Shown piece after piece: positions 62,976-64,000 of a stretch of DNA of 64,000 bases. Source of the stretch: Ancylonema sp. (Eukaryota); contig JBFLGF010000197.1 of NCBI GenBank assembly GCA_050230475.1, positions 1 to 64,000 on the forward strand. Reading direction: 5' to 3'. The notes under the pieces are model-generated. The model saw only the letters and a program-made list of their open reading frames with translations, did not search any database and was not told where the DNA came from. Position numbers and translations under genes: made by a program. How positions within the stretch are numbered: the stretch's first letter is position 1; every line of letters begins with the position of its first letter.

Positions 62976-63357
62976 CTGAACCCGAAACCACACCCCCTAC
63001 CCGCCCTGTGAATTCCCGGTGACCACACACCCACAGGGTCTGATTCGATACAGCCACAAGAGGGGGTGACTGTTGTAGGGTCTGTCAGGTCCGCTGTTCG
63101 CCATCCGTGGTTCGTAACACTACCCCACTTCTAGATCTGGTAACGGAGCCATGCCACATCAGCAGGTGGCATGGACAGGACAGGCCTTCATCTCACTCCA
63201 CACCTCATCTCCGCTCTGAAACAAACTTAACGTCTACCGGGTTTTGAGAACTTGTGCTTCACCCCAGCTCGCAGGTGGTAGTGGTGGCAGGTCTAGAGGA
63301 GTCGAGTGGAGAAGTCTTTTGGTGGTTTTAGATCCTGGTGGTTCCTTCCTCAAACCA

Positions 63358-63486
63358 CATATATATGTATGTGAGTATATGTATATGTATATATGTATAT
63401 GCATATATATATATGTATGTATATGTATATATATATATATATGTATATTTATATGTGTACATATATAAATATCTATATACATGTAT

Positions 63487-63522
<36 letters not shown>

Positions 63523-63990
63523 GTATATGTGTATATATGTGTATATATATATATATGTATATATATGTATACATAAATATGTATATATAAATGTAAATAT
63601 ATATATATGTGTACATATATAAACAAATATATGTATGTATATATAGATATATGTATGTATATATATATATATATGTACATGCATATACATGTATATAAAT
63701 ACATATACATACATATATATACATGTATGTATACATATGTATATATAAATATGTACATATGTATAAATACATATATATATATACATATATATATATGTAT
63801 GTATACATATGTATACATAAATATGTACATATGTATAAATATATGTATATATATACATATATATATATGTATGTATATACATATATGTATATACATATAT
63901 ATATATATATGTACATGCATATACATATATGTAAATGCATATACATTTATGTATACATACATATATATATACATATATGTATCTATATAT
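63358..63990. repeat. Degenerate (TA)n/(TATG)n microsatellite
   Basis: Directly visible. Confidence 0.97.
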
Positions 63991-64000
63991 CTCAATACAT

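Overview
Eukaryotic nuclear DNA, most likely from a streptophyte (charophyte alga or early land plant). This rests on spliceosomal introns, one U12-type AT-AC intron, plant-type (CCCTAAA)n repeats and plant-like plastid and mitochondrial proteins. Genes rebuilt by hand with phase-consistent exons are MED22, a DUF2358/SnoaL-like plastid protein, a conserved uncharacterised protein carrying the U12 intron, RAD51B, a TLC-domain membrane protein, plastid RPL28, CPN60-beta (central exons damaged), XRCC3, a FAD5/ADS-type desaturase, a PPR-containing gene with an At1g53645-like C-terminus split by one in-frame TAG, and the 3' end of an ankyrin ACBP-like gene. An orphan first exon resembles OEP37. The RAD51B+TLC block occurs three times in near-identical tandem copies, and two single-N gaps (15594, 46997) border duplicated sequence, so some duplication may be assembly artefact. 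Mobile DNA comprises 5'-truncated CRE-like non-LTR retroelement copies, a hAT-type MITE with an 8-bp TSD, and a copia remnant ending in a 36-bp LTR-like unit. No tRNA, rRNA or CRISPR was seen. All family assignments come from recalled motifs, not database searches.
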